IMG/VR virus record: IMGVR_UViG_3300030330_001066
Span: 1-35,292 of that record
Source of the DNA: a virus
Lineage: Duplodnaviria; Caudoviricetes
DNA length: 35,292 nt
Reading direction: 5' to 3' (one strand)
A model generated the notes under the pieces. That model did not search any database and was not told the origin of the DNA. It was given only the letters and a program-made list of their open reading frames with translations. Within the stretch, counting starts at the first letter, position 1; each line of letters begins with the position of its first letter. Positions 8,555 through 19,400 of this stretch are shown here, one piece after another. A program made the position numbers and the translations under genes.

Positions 8555-9529
8555 TTAATCCTTAATTTCACAGCTTATAATAATTTCAAAAGGGATTAGT
8601 AAATTACTTGTATCTCTTTTGTCTTCTGGATAATCGTAATATTTATTCCAAAAAATAATTGTTCTATCGTAATCCTTTTGCATTTTTACAGCAGCTTCTA
8701 ATGGGTTACCTGTAGCATTTGTATCTATATATGTTGCATTTTGATATGGATTTTCTCCAGCATACAAGCACAACCACCCACCAGAATTACTTATAACTAA
8801 TACTTTTTCATTCAAAATTTTGATGAAATCATCTAAATTATTAATAGCATCATGTTTTTCTAAAGTTAAACCTGAATGATTATATACAGTTTCAATGCTT
8901 TTTTTATTATATTTAGGCATTAAAGTAATTACATCTTCATTTTCTGGTATGTAACTTTCTGAATATAATGCAATCCTTTTTATATCAGGTTCTTGCCTAA
9001 GCGATTGTACTGCGTCTTCTATTGTATAATGTTGTGCGTTACCTACACTTATTACTGTTCTTAGGTTTGGTACATTCTCTAATAGTGCTTCACCAATACC
9101 ACCGCTTTGGGTAACTAAACCTATATCTCCAGTAGTTTTTCTATCTAAAAGAAAAGTAGAATAAGCATCACAATGAACACCCATACAGTTTGGTCCAAGT
9201 ATTTTTGCTTTGTTTTTTACAATTCCATACAGCTTTTTTTCTGTAAAATTATCTAAAGTATTAATAATTATAATTTTATTTGTACCTTTATTTATAATCT
9301 TAGTTACTTCTTCAATAATATTAGGTACTGCTACTATTGCTAAATCAGGAGTTTCTGGTAAATCATTGTATGAATCATGTTTAGTAATAAGATATAAGGG
9401 AACTTTAGTGCTTTCTAACAGAGAATCTCTAAGAGCAGCACCCCAATACTTGTTTTGAGATATAGCTTCATCAAGCGTTTTTGTAGAAGACCCTACAAGT
9501 GCTATTGAAGCAGGATTAAGAAAAGTCAT
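8555..9529 (-). CDS. CoA-binding protein, compact NDP-forming acyl-CoA synthetase alpha-like
   Basis: PASIALVGSS, PDLAIVAVP, ILGPNCMG, IGLVTQSGG, VISVGN, NHSG (matches SHTG phospho-His) and VISNSGG in canonical order. Confidence 0.85.
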   Translation of the reverse strand: MTFLNPASIALVGSSTKTLDEAISQNKYWGAALRDSLLESTKVPLYLITKHDSYNDLPETPDLAIVAVPNIIEEVTKIINKGTNKIIIINTLDNFTEKKLYGIVKNKAKILGPNCMGVHCDAYSTFLLDRKTTGDIGLVTQSGGIGEALLENVPNLRTVISVGNAQHYTIEDAVQSLRQEPDIKRIALYSESYIPENEDVITLMPKYNKKSIETVYNHSGLTLEKHDAINNLDDFIKILNEKVLVISNSGGWLCLYAGENPYQNATYIDTNATGNPLEAAVKMQKDYDRTIIFWNKYYDYPEDKRDTSNLLIPFEIIISCEIKD

Positions 9530-10086
9530 CCTGTAAAAGTTACTACTAGCTTTTTATATTTAAAACCTTTGTCGTGGTATTCTATAGTTATAGGATTAGA
9601 ATATTTAATCCATCCAGAGCCAGCACAATCAATATATGTCTTTTCCATATTAGAACCTTCTACAACCCATACACTAGATTTAACACAATTATCAGAAACA
9701 CTTTTATAAAATTCATCTGTTACTTTATGGTACTCTAAAGAATAACACCAACCTTGACTGCCACCAGCATCTTCTCTATACAAGTCTAGTTCATGGTTAA
9801 ACATTTTATCGCCTTGTAATTCTCGTCTACCACAACCATAATTTACTATTCTTCCATCTATGTCTAATTTAAAGATAGCATCACCAGCGTTGTCATCTCT
9901 GTTTTTAAATGCAGTTTTTATAGCGTCAAGTTTATCTGCTGTGCTAGAACTAACAGTTAAGTTAAATTCGTCCCATATTATATTTGGTTTATCTCCGTCA
10001 AAATAAGGTAATGATTTAGTAAAACATTCTTCAAAGATTGTTTGGTCTATATCACTGTAGTTAATTTTTGTTACAGTCATTGTCAT
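9526..10086 (-). CDS. Hypothetical protein (186 aa; start moved to ATG 10086)
   Basis: GGAGG at 10096-10100 precedes MTMTVTKINY; ATGA overlap with the downstream gene. Confidence 0.7.
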   Translation of the reverse strand: MTMTVTKINYSDIDQTIFEECFTKSLPYFDGDKPNIIWDEFNLTVSSSTADKLDAIKTAFKNRDDNAGDAIFKLDIDGRIVNYGCGRRELQGDKMFNHELDLYREDAGGSQGWCYSLEYHKVTDEFYKSVSDNCVKSSVWVVEGSNMEKTYIDCAGSGWIKYSNPITIEYHDKGFKYKKLVVTFTG

Positions 10087-10087
10087 T

Positions 10088-10900
10088 TTATGCTTCCTCC
10101 CATGAATCGCCGTCCCAATATCTAGCGTTGTGTGCATTTGCCGAAGCTACTTCTGTTTCAAATAACGAACCTGTGTTTCCTGTGGCTGTAATCCTTTCAA
10201 ATATAATAGTAGCTGTAGTGGCAGTTGTGTTAAAAGTTGTGGTCGTGCTCGCAGACGTTTCAACAGTCGTATCGAATGTGGTAGTCGTATTAAAGGTGGT
10301 GGTCGTGCTCACACTTGTTGCAAAAGTGGTCGTAGTGTTAAAAGTCGTTGTAGTTGATCTACTCGTGTTAAAAGTTGTAGTCGTGCTTCTGGTTGTGTTA
10401 AACGAAGTTGTACGAGAAGTAGTTCTAGAAGTAGTGTGCGATGTGGTACGCGAAGTATTCTGAGACCCTCCACCTTTACCTGGTAGGTTTGTACTGAAAG
10501 TAGTCGTGTAACTTGTAGTGTACGAAGTTGAGTAAGAAGTAGTATTAGAAGTCCCAAAAGTTGTTGTTGTACTATGTGATGTTGCAAATGTTGTTGTAGT
10601 GCTTTGAGTCGTGCTGGTTGATCTAGTTGTATTAAAACTAGTCGTAGTACTTCTGGTAGTGCTAGTTGACCTGGTTGTAGAAAAAGTAGTATTGAAAGTC
10701 GTAGTCGTGCTGGCACTTGTAGAAAATGTGGTAGTTGTGTTTTTTGTAGTTTGTTTTATGGCATTAAAAAAAGTAGTAAGACTGCCATCTGTTTCTTTTA
10801 CAACAGCATAATTTACAAAACGTAGTGTTCCATCAGTAACTTTTACGAGAATAGGGTTTGGTGTTTCAATTGAGTCACCGTCCCATATTTTAATTGCCAT
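10088..10900 (-). CDS. Thr/Ser-rich fibre-associated protein, predicted giant beta-hairpin
   Basis: Residues 51-231 are mostly T/S; central LPGKGGGSQ turn; WDGDS motif at both termini. Confidence 0.85.
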   Translation of the reverse strand: MAIKIWDGDSIETPNPILVKVTDGTLRFVNYAVVKETDGSLTTFFNAIKQTTKNTTTTFSTSASTTTTFNTTFSTTRSTSTTRSTTTSFNTTRSTSTTQSTTTTFATSHSTTTTFGTSNTTSYSTSYTTSYTTTFSTNLPGKGGGSQNTSRTTSHTTSRTTSRTTSFNTTRSTTTTFNTSRSTTTTFNTTTTFATSVSTTTTFNTTTTFDTTVETSASTTTTFNTTATTATIIFERITATGNTGSLFETEVASANAHNARYWDGDSWEEA

Positions 10901-10909
10901 GCTAAATTC

Positions 10910-11998
10910 TCATGATACAACATACCAGACAAAACCAATTTTTTTACCAGATCCATCTGTAGGTGCAGAAGTTACAATCTCAAAGTCTCTAGTGTCAAAA
11001 TCTGTGAGAGCTACTTGTTTCATAGTTCCTGCATCATTTACCACTACTCTATCTGCGTCTGCTAATGTTGTAGAAGTAGCACTTGTATCACCGTCTATTA
11101 CGTTGAGCTCTGCTGCAGTACTTGTAACACCATCTAAAATATTTAGTTCTGCAGCTGTAGAGGTAACTCCATCAAGTATATTTAATTCTGCTGCTGTGCT
11201 AGTAACTCCATCTAATATGTTTAGTTCGGCTGCTGTGCTAGTAACTCCATCAAGAATATTAAGTTCTGCTGCAGTAGAAGTAACACCATCAAGGATATTT
11301 AACTCAGCGGTACTAGAAGTAACACCATCTAAAGTTTGAACTTCTGCTGCTGTTAGGTCTGCTAAAGAACTAGCTGTATCACTTGCCATTGTTGCAAGCT
11401 CTGTTAACTCTGCATCTAGTGGCTGTTTTGCATCGAGTTGAGTCTGGACATTAGAAGTAACGCCATCGACATGATTAATCTCTGCTGTCGTAGCAGTTAC
11501 TCCATCCATTATATTAAGTTCTGCAGCAGTCGAAGTAACTCCGTCCAGAATATTTAACTCTGCAGTAGTTAATGTAGCTCCGTCAAGAATGTTTAGTTCT
11601 GCAGCTGTAGATGTTGTAGCTAGACTTACTGATCCACTAGAGACTGAAAAATCATCTGAATTAAATGAAGCTATACCTTTAACTGAATCAGTAGCATCTA
11701 CAAGATTTGTTAGTTCTTCTAAAGCTTTAACGTTGACTCGAAGTTGAAGTTTATCACCAGTAGAAAAAGAACGTGCGGACGTATTATCCTGTGCACGAAC
11801 TACAGTAAGAGTAGTGCCTGATATTCCAGTCACTTTTACTATTTCTACATTTGCACCGTCATCCATTGTAGCGTAGAAGTAGTCACTTCCTGAAGGTGTA
11901 GGAAAAGAAGCACTACTAGCTACGCTAATACTAGTTGTACTAGTATTTACATCAGCACTTAAAAGTGTGCCCGCATTGTTTTTTAATAAAACCCCCAT
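10910..11998 (-). CDS. Tail fibre protein with 13-aa repeats
   Basis: N-terminal EIVKVTGISGTTLTVVRAQDNT domain; about 11 TSTAAELNILDGV-type repeats; GGAG RBS. Confidence 0.85.
   Translation of the reverse strand: MGVLLKNNAGTLLSADVNTSTTSISVASSASFPTPSGSDYFYATMDDGANVEIVKVTGISGTTLTVVRAQDNTSARSFSTGDKLQLRVNVKALEELTNLVDATDSVKGIASFNSDDFSVSSGSVSLATTSTAAELNILDGATLTTAELNILDGVTSTAAELNIMDGVTATTAEINHVDGVTSNVQTQLDAKQPLDAELTELATMASDTASSLADLTAAEVQTLDGVTSSTAELNILDGVTSTAAELNILDGVTSTAAELNILDGVTSTAAELNILDGVTSTAAELNILDGVTSTAAELNVIDGDTSATSTTLADADRVVVNDAGTMKQVALTDFDTRDFEIVTSAPTDGSGKKIGFVWYVVS
11090..11616 (-). repeat. 39-bp coding tandem repeats in two blocks (7 and 4 units)
   Basis: Encode TSTAAELNILDGV; units differ mostly at synonymous sites. 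Confidence 0.9.
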
Positions 11999-12016
11999 GC
12001 TATCGGCACTCCTTCT

Positions 12017-12448
12017 TTAACTAACGGTTACAGTCCATGTAATTGTCATGGCATCTGAAGACCCTTTGTTTACAACTGAAAAAACTGTACGACATAGCAT
12101 TGTCCCACCAGAAGAAGCATTTAAAATAGCTGCTTCAGTAAGAGCTGCTGTACCTGTTCCTGCAGGAAAAGTTGCAGTGTATGTTACTACAGCGGCAGAA
12201 ACACTTGTACTAGCCAAAGCCACACGTGCTGACTCTGAAACTAAAGCAGTTTGTCCTGCAGCAGCCGCTGTTGTACTGGTTCCTACTGCCATGTGACTCA
12301 TCACACCTGCAGAAGTTCCTTCTATACGACTAGCGACAAACCCTTTACCCGCGGTAACCACAAGGTTGTCTATATCCTGTACTAATTCACCATTTAGGCG
12401 TATTTGTACATGGCCTTTCAATTGTAGTTGTTCATCTATGTTTGACAT
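12017..12448 (-). CDS. Conserved phage tail structural protein
   Basis: NLVVTAGK...MSHMAVGT...TEAAILNASSGGTMLCRTVF...ITWTVT pattern common in phage tail modules. Confidence 0.75.
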   Translation of the reverse strand: MSNIDEQLQLKGHVQIRLNGELVQDIDNLVVTAGKGFVASRIEGTSAGVMSHMAVGTSTTAAAAGQTALVSESARVALASTSVSAAVVTYTATFPAGTGTAALTEAAILNASSGGTMLCRTVFSVVNKGSSDAMTITWTVTVS

Positions 12449-12472
12449 TTTTGCCCTCTCGGTTAATCTTAA

Positions 12473-13063
12473 CTACTCATTGAACATAAAAGTGTTTACG
12501 ATACCCTCATTAAATCGAGAGAACCCAACACTTTCAATTAATTGTACCTGTAATAATTCTGAAAGTGTAGCACTATCTGATTGCGGTGATGCAAAGCTAA
12601 TAGCTGATGTTTCAGATATTGATACTACATTGTTCTTATTTAGTGCTACGTCTGTTTTTAGATCATCAGAAACACTGGTTGTATCGTCCATTGTAAAAGC
12701 ATCGGAAAGTCCTTTTTCAAAACTAGAGACAATTAAAGCCTCTGAAATACTAGGTGTGTCAGCAAAAGCTCTAAGGTAAGTTAAAGCGGTCGTTAGTGAA
12801 TCTGACATACCAAAACTATCAGAAGCTGGTCTACTAAAAGCAAGAGCAGGGCTATCTGACATACCAAAACTGTCAGAAACTGGTCTACTAAAAGAGATAG
12901 CAGGTGCATCTCCTATAGTAACAGTTAAAGCTTCTGGGCTATCATTTTGTACTGTAAAGTATTTGTTTAATACATTTGTATTTAAATCTACAACAGCGTT
13001 TATGTCTACGAAAGAAACAGTAGCTTTTCCTTTAACATAAGATATGTTGGCTGATATTCCCAT
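12473..13063 (-). CDS. Putative tail structural protein with 18-aa periodicity
   Basis: FSRPVSDSFGMSDS / FSRPASDSFGMSDS repeats. Confidence 0.7.
   Translation of the reverse strand: MGISANISYVKGKATVSFVDINAVVDLNTNVLNKYFTVQNDSPEALTVTIGDAPAISFSRPVSDSFGMSDSPALAFSRPASDSFGMSDSLTTALTYLRAFADTPSISEALIVSSFEKGLSDAFTMDDTTSVSDDLKTDVALNKNNVVSISETSAISFASPQSDSATLSELLQVQLIESVGFSRFNEGIVNTFMFNE
12801..12894. repeat. 54-bp-period direct repeat (two ~40-bp near-identical copies)
   Basis: tctgacataccaaaact(a/g)tcagaa(g/a)ctggtctactaaaag at 12801 and 12855. Confidence 0.85.
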
Positions 13064-13437
13064 TAATTAAAATCGTCACGTACGTTAAATTTAATTAGGT
13101 CTTGCACTGTTTGAATATTACCGCTTGAGTTTGTAAACTCGACTTCTCCTTCATATATACCTGCAGCTGTCCAAGTCCCTGAAGGGAACAAAGCAGTTGC
13201 AACTCCATTAGAGGCGTCTGTTAAAGTCATTGTTATTGTTGAAGTCAAAGTAGTTTCACCTACTTTACGAATAAAAAGTTTTACTGAGCCACTTGTTAAA
13301 TTTATAGGAGCCCACGTAGATGAGTCTTCTACATCTAGTGTTTTACCTGAAGCCGCTGTATTACTGTCTTTCAACGTTACAACAAGCTCAGGTAGTGTAT
13401 CTCCTACGACTAATTTTATTGTTTCCGAATATGCCAT
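13063..13437 (-). CDS. BppU N-terminal-like tail protein
   Basis: VGDTLPEL..LKD, INLT, DASNG and GIYEGEVEFT pattern. Confidence 0.65.
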   Translation of the reverse strand: MAYSETIKLVVGDTLPELVVTLKDSNTAASGKTLDVEDSSTWAPINLTSGSVKLFIRKVGETTLTSTITMTLTDASNGVATALFPSGTWTAAGIYEGEVEFTNSSGNIQTVQDLIKFNVRDDFN

Positions 13438-13460
13438 GTTATCTACCTTAAATTATCTTA

Positions 13461-16400
13461 TTATAATATTGCAGCTGGAGTGAAATCACTTACTTCTGCT
13501 TTACCTCTTGCTATATCTTCTACTCGTCCTACTGTAGGACCAAAGAATGGAACCCACCAAGACCCTCCATAATCAGAGGCTTCATACATAGGTATTGCTA
13601 TACCAAATGGTCCTAATGGACCTGCTCTGTCTAGTATTTCAAACATATACTCACCCCAACTCATAGAGTCAGTTCTAAATGCGCTCCTATCTCCACCACG
13701 AGCAAAATATTTAGCCCACTCTCTAGTTTCTAAGCCTATCATAGTTAGAGGTAATATAGTTAAAGCACCCATAACTAAAGGTAAAGAAGCCCCTGAAATA
13801 GTACCATCTTCAGCGTATCTATTTTTAGTTTCGCGCAACGCTCCACCTATAATGTTTTTACCGTAAGCATAGAAGAAAGACTTTAATTGCCAAATTAAAG
13901 CTGTATATGGGTTAGAAGCCCAAGCGGGACGTTCTGCTGAGTTAGGTCTTACAATAGACTCATCTACAAACCTACCTAATGCAGCACGTACACGCTCTCC
14001 ACTCTCCCCTTCAAAAACAAATTGAGTAGATCCTTTTTGTTTAGCTGCGTTTATATCTTCAACTGATACTTGTAGTTCTTCTAAATATCGACTGTATCGC
14101 TTACGTTCAGCTGCTGACAAGTTAGGATCTGAAAGTTTGTTAGCTGTATTAGTCAAAAACGCTTTACCCATACCTGTTGCATACACTCTACTAAACCTTG
14201 TAAAGTTTTCTAACATTGTAACTCTAAAGAACATATCAGTAATTTTTTGAGCTTTAGGTACTAAGAAACCTAATTGAGTAGCATTAATATACATTGTATT
14301 TATAGAATCAAACGTTACAGTACCTACTTCTCTAGCAAAATCATTAGCATCTTGTTTGTTATCAAAGTAGTTTCTAACTTGTTTTAACGCTTCTTTAAAC
14401 CCATCTAAATCTTTAGAACGTAGAACAGGCCCTGCTAAGTCAGGCAAAGATGCTAATGTAGCAAATGTTAAATAAGTTACTACGTTTAGAGTAAGTAATG
14501 CACTGTTTATGTTACGCATAAGCGGTGACATGTTTAGACCAGTTTTACCTAACATTGCTTGTAAAGCACTTCTAGTTACTTCCCTATCACTTCTGTCTTC
14601 AATTCTTTGCAACATTAATTCAGATGCTTTCCAACCTCTTAACGTTTCACCTTCTTTAGCTAGAGTTCTATACATTGTTTCAGAAATATCGTTAGATACT
14701 CGTCTTTCATTTAAAAGTTCTAAATCTGCGTTTGTAACTACAGTTTGTACTTTGTTTAAATACTCTAACCTTTTAGTCATGTCCTCTATGTACTTACGTA
14801 AAGAAGTTCCAGCGTCTTCTAGTACTCCAATGTTTCGTAGTTCTGTGTTGCTAATTTTTTTAAAATATTTAGCTCTAGATTTTGCCATACCAATAGTTAT
14901 GGCAGAAGTAACATCTTTATCGCTTTCTATATCTGCGTCTATAACATCGTCTATATTGTGTTCATGTTTATTAGTTACAGCTTCAACAATTTTATCCCAG
15001 TCTGCTTTAACAGTAGGATTCTTCTCGGCTAATAAAAGAGCTAAACGTTTACGTAACTCAGGGCTATTTTGAAGTTCGTGCATAGCTAGTATACGAGGGA
15101 AGAACCTAGGAAGAGCTTTTATACTAGGATCTACACCTTCAATGTTATTCTTATGAAACTCTTGAAGGTAAACTCGTATGCTTTTAGCTACAGGACTTAA
15201 CTCAGAAGTAGGTTTTGTATCGTCTTCTGCTTCTAAGAAAAATCTTTCAGACGCTTCAAAATCAGGGTCCCCAGCACTATAACGACCAAACTTACCTTTT
15301 TTATGTTTAGGTAACAACGCTAACATGTCATTCATGCGTTTGTGTATAAGTAGAATCCTAGCGTTTAAATAACCTGTATTTACCTTAGATTGAGAAGGAG
15401 AATACATAGCGTTAGCTAACTCAGGGCTGTACTGAGATACAAAGTTGTGTGCAGGGTATAAAAAGTATTTTACCCCCCAATGTTTTCTATCAGAAGGTAA
15501 CAAATCTCTATTTTGCTCTAAAAACTCTATTACTTTAGCTTTAAACCCTGCGGCTCTTTTTTTAATGTTGGGAGCTCTTTCTTCAATGTTTTTAATTACA
15601 CGATCCGACATTTCTCTGGCAATAACTTGTTCAGATAGAGTAGCTTCGTTTGGATCATTGTCTACATAGTACTCTCTGACTTGATTCATGTATTCATTAA
15701 AAGGAACACTTACTGCAAAACGGCTTCTAAATATTTTATTTAATTCTTTCCAAGCATCCCGTATTTTAGCTACAGTTCGTTTAAAATAACTGTCTACTAT
15801 ATTTTGTACTTTAATAGGTTTTTTCCCTTTAAATAAGCTTTCAGATGCTCTAATAGATTTAGCTTTAGCTGCATCGCTTCGATCTACTTCCACAGTACCA
15901 AATTTATCAAGTGGTTTAAAAATTGGAATAAACCTACCACTTTTGTCTTTTCTACCATCGCTGTAAGCAAACCCATCTATTAATGTCTCTCGAGATAAAG
16001 TATCCAATAGCCATCTAGATGTTTGATCTGAATACCATTCTTCAAACCCTAGTTTAGGATCTTGGTACGCACTAGGCGCATTTGGTTTTGCTTTAGCTTT
16101 TTCATATTCAGCGTATAAACGGTCTCTAATTCCTGGCTTATTTAAGAAGTTACGTTTTTCTTGTTGGTATATAGCATGTCCTACTTCGTGCCCTAAACTA
16201 AACAAAGCTTGTAGTTGTTGTACTTTAGTAGGTTTATCTGGCATATAAACAATAATAATATCTTTATCTTTATAGCCTAAATAAGCACCTTTTTGATTCT
16301 TCTTACCTATTTGATCTTTACCGTTAAATTCTTTTATAGCATTAACCTGTTGTTGCATGTCATCTAACACAGTCAAATCTAAAGAAGTTTCAGCTCCGCT

Positions 16401-19400
16401 TCTAGCTTTTCTAATAAACATTTCAGCTTCTACATGACTCATAATGGTTAAAGACTTTTTATATTTAAATACCTTTTTAAGGAAAGTTTTTAATTGTTGT
16501 TGTAACCTTCTATCAAATCCTTTACCTGTAATTCTGACCTCATCTTTTTTTGCAAGCTTCTCTTTTTCATATTTCAATTGATCAACTTCGTAGTCTTTTC
16601 TAGGATTAGTAGGAGTGCCGAGTTCTATGTCTTTTGCTTTAGTGTCAAACTGTAAACCTCTTTCGGCTGGTAACTCTGCTGCAGAATCAACTTTGCTTTC
16701 CCCTTGTGTTTCTATTGCATCTAAATACGCTGCGCTGTCAATAGTTCCTTTTTCGTCTACTTGGTACGCAGCTCTTACAGGTTGTTGTCCTGGCTCAAAT
16801 AAGTTACCAAAATCATCTCCGTATAGATCGTATAAATCTTCTTTCAACTCTCGTATACGATCATGGACATTTATTTTATCTCCTACTTTGTATCCTAATT
16901 CTCTAAGACTAGTACTTTGTTCGAGAGGCCTAGAGCGAAGTGCAGAAGGGGTAGGACCAAAAACATCATCTCGTTTTATTTTTCTTCTTTGAAGTATTCT
17001 TTTTCGAGCTCTTTCTACTCTTTTATCACTATCGTCTAATAGTTTTTTAGTAACTATTATTTCTCCATAAGGGTTACCTTTTTCATCTTTAAATTGAGGT
17101 TCAGGCACTTGTGCGTCACGAAACTTAAACTTATTCAACGAAGTATCGCCGATTTTTTCTGTTTCAACCTCTACGGTAGGAGGAGCAGGCTGTGGTCTGC
17201 CTCCCTCTCGTAATTCTATTCTTTTTCCCGTATCGTCAGTAGCAATTTCATATGTTACTCCCTCTGGAGTCATAATAGGCCGCTCTGTTAGACGAACTCT
17301 AACCTTAGTAACAGTAGGGGCTATATAACCTACTATCCGTCCTCCTTGTCTTCTTGGTACAACTTGAGAAACATTAACCCCGTATTTATTAGCTACAAAC
17401 TCTTGTTCGTTTTGAGGGTCTGATTTCTTTCTTTCTCTAAAGCTAACCCTATTTTGTTTAGCTTCAAGTTGTTGTTTTGCATTAAGAGCTTTTGCTTCGT
17501 TAAAACGGTCAAGTCTTTTTTGCAGATACTCTATCTGTTGTAGTTTCTGTTGAACAGACAAAGTAAGTCTTTGATCTTTAGCTACAGCTTTTTTACTTTT
17601 AGTTCCTAGCATACCTAAAGAAAACATCTTGCCTTGTCCCATATCGTATATAGCAGCTTCGTCAATATCTTTATCAAAAGCAGCCTCAAACACAGTTGTT
17701 TTTCCGTCTTTTCTTAAAGCGTATACTTTAGATAAAGGTTTTCCGTTATAACTTAATATGTAACCTTGGGCAGCTAACTCTGAAACTATGGTAGAAAAAC
17801 CTCCTGCAATTTGTTCTTCTCGAGTAAAAGTACCAAAAGTAGACTCAGACTCTGCTTTATTAATATCCATTCCCAGTTGTACTAAAGGTTGTAGGTATAA
17901 TCCGTCTTGTCCTACTTGGCGTGTGCCACCTCCTCTTTTTGCTTTTGTAATTGCACTTACTTCGGTTGGATTTTCGTAGCTACTATTTATATCTTTTACT
18001 CTAGAAAGCTTCCACCCTGGTGTTTTTGCTTTAGTTTGTCTAGCGGCTCTATCTGCTCTGTTTATAGCAACTTCTATTCTTCCTCCTGTATCCATACCTC
18101 CCATGATATCGGGAGATATTATCCGTAAAGAATAAGTTGGGTTATTAGGGTCGCTATCCATGTTTCTAACAGGAGCATAGAAAAATGCTTGGTCTGTATC
18201 TCCAAGATACTGAGGGTTACGTTTCAAAGCTACAAAGTCTTTTAAGAAACCAGCAGGTAGTTTACTAACTAGTTTTGTAACATCCTCAACTAATTGTGTT
18301 TTATTGCTGTCTGTTGATTCTTGTTCCTTAACTAAATAGTTAATAACTTCTTCTGCATCTTTAGCTCTAGACTCAATAGCGTCTTCTGTGCGTCTTTTAA
18401 ACTGTACATCAGACTCGTTTTTATTTCTTTTAATAGGATTATCAGGGTCGTACTGTTTATATGTTTTTCTTTGTCCTTTTGTATCAAGCTTAAACTCTCC
18501 TCTAGCTTCTTCTAATACAAACTCACTACCAGGCTTAGCGTCAAGCGCATCTATCTCGCCTTCTTCCCCTAAATTAACATCTACATTTTCTTCAGTTTGT
18601 TTTAGTATTGAAAGTTGTTGAGCCAGAATGTCATTAAAAGGAGTGTCAGTCATACCCCTACGTACAGGTTCGTCAGTGTCGGTTTTCTCTTTAACAGGTT
18701 TAGGATTTAAATTAGCTTCTACTTTTTCTTCAGTAAAGAGTTCTTTACTATTAAGTTCTACAGTATCGCCAGGGTACTTTTCTTCAAAGTTAAATGTAGT
18801 TTGTTCTATGTTTTCGTCAGAAGTACTTTGATAATCTAATACGTCTTTGTCTTCGTCACGTACTACTATCACGTTTTGGTCGTTAGTATTTTGTCCTTGA
18901 GTATACCCAAGGATATCCTTAATACTTTCTTCAGTTAATCCGTCTTCTTTAAGCCTTTGATCTACATAGGCATTGTATTTTGTGTTTCTATCATCTACAA
19001 GAACTATACCTTGCCTACCTTCGTCAACTTCTAGTGGAATTATATTGCTGTCTGCTCCTGCTGCAATAATAATATCTGTAGCCCTAGCTCGCTGTTCTTC
19101 TAATGTAAGGTTTCCTGCAGGTAAGAACACAGATTTCCTTCCCTTTTCAGGGTTAACCAAAGCTCTTACTTGTTTTACAGCCCAAGCAAAAGGTTCAATA
19201 TCAGTTGTTCCATCTTCTTTTCTAGCTTTCGCTTTAGAGTATACTTCAGCTACACTTGGCGCATCTTCTATAAAATTTTTGGCTTTACCTATAACTCTAG
19301 AGGCAACTTCAGCGGGAGCTCGCATAGCCCCACCAGCAACTACTCCTCCAAAAATACCTTCTGCAATTCGCAAGTTTGCTTCTCTAGCCGTATACTCGTC

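Noticed and set aside
10200-10750. Ten N-x-T/S sequons as evidence of N-glycosylation
   Set aside because: Expected by chance in a Thr/Ser-dominated sequence; no oligosaccharyltransferase present.
10068-11339. Val-rich and repeat-bearing plus-strand ORFs (10068-10463, 10611-10811, 10899-11339) and the out-of-frame 10309-10716 ORF
   Set aside because: Antisense or frame shadows of the Thr-rich and repeat genes (ACN codons lack stops on the other strand); no RBS or independent signal.
11090-11616. Possible CRISPR array or DGR template/variable repeat
   Set aside because: In-frame coding repeats without unique spacers; differences are synonymous, not adenine-specific; no cas or reverse transcriptase gene in the window.
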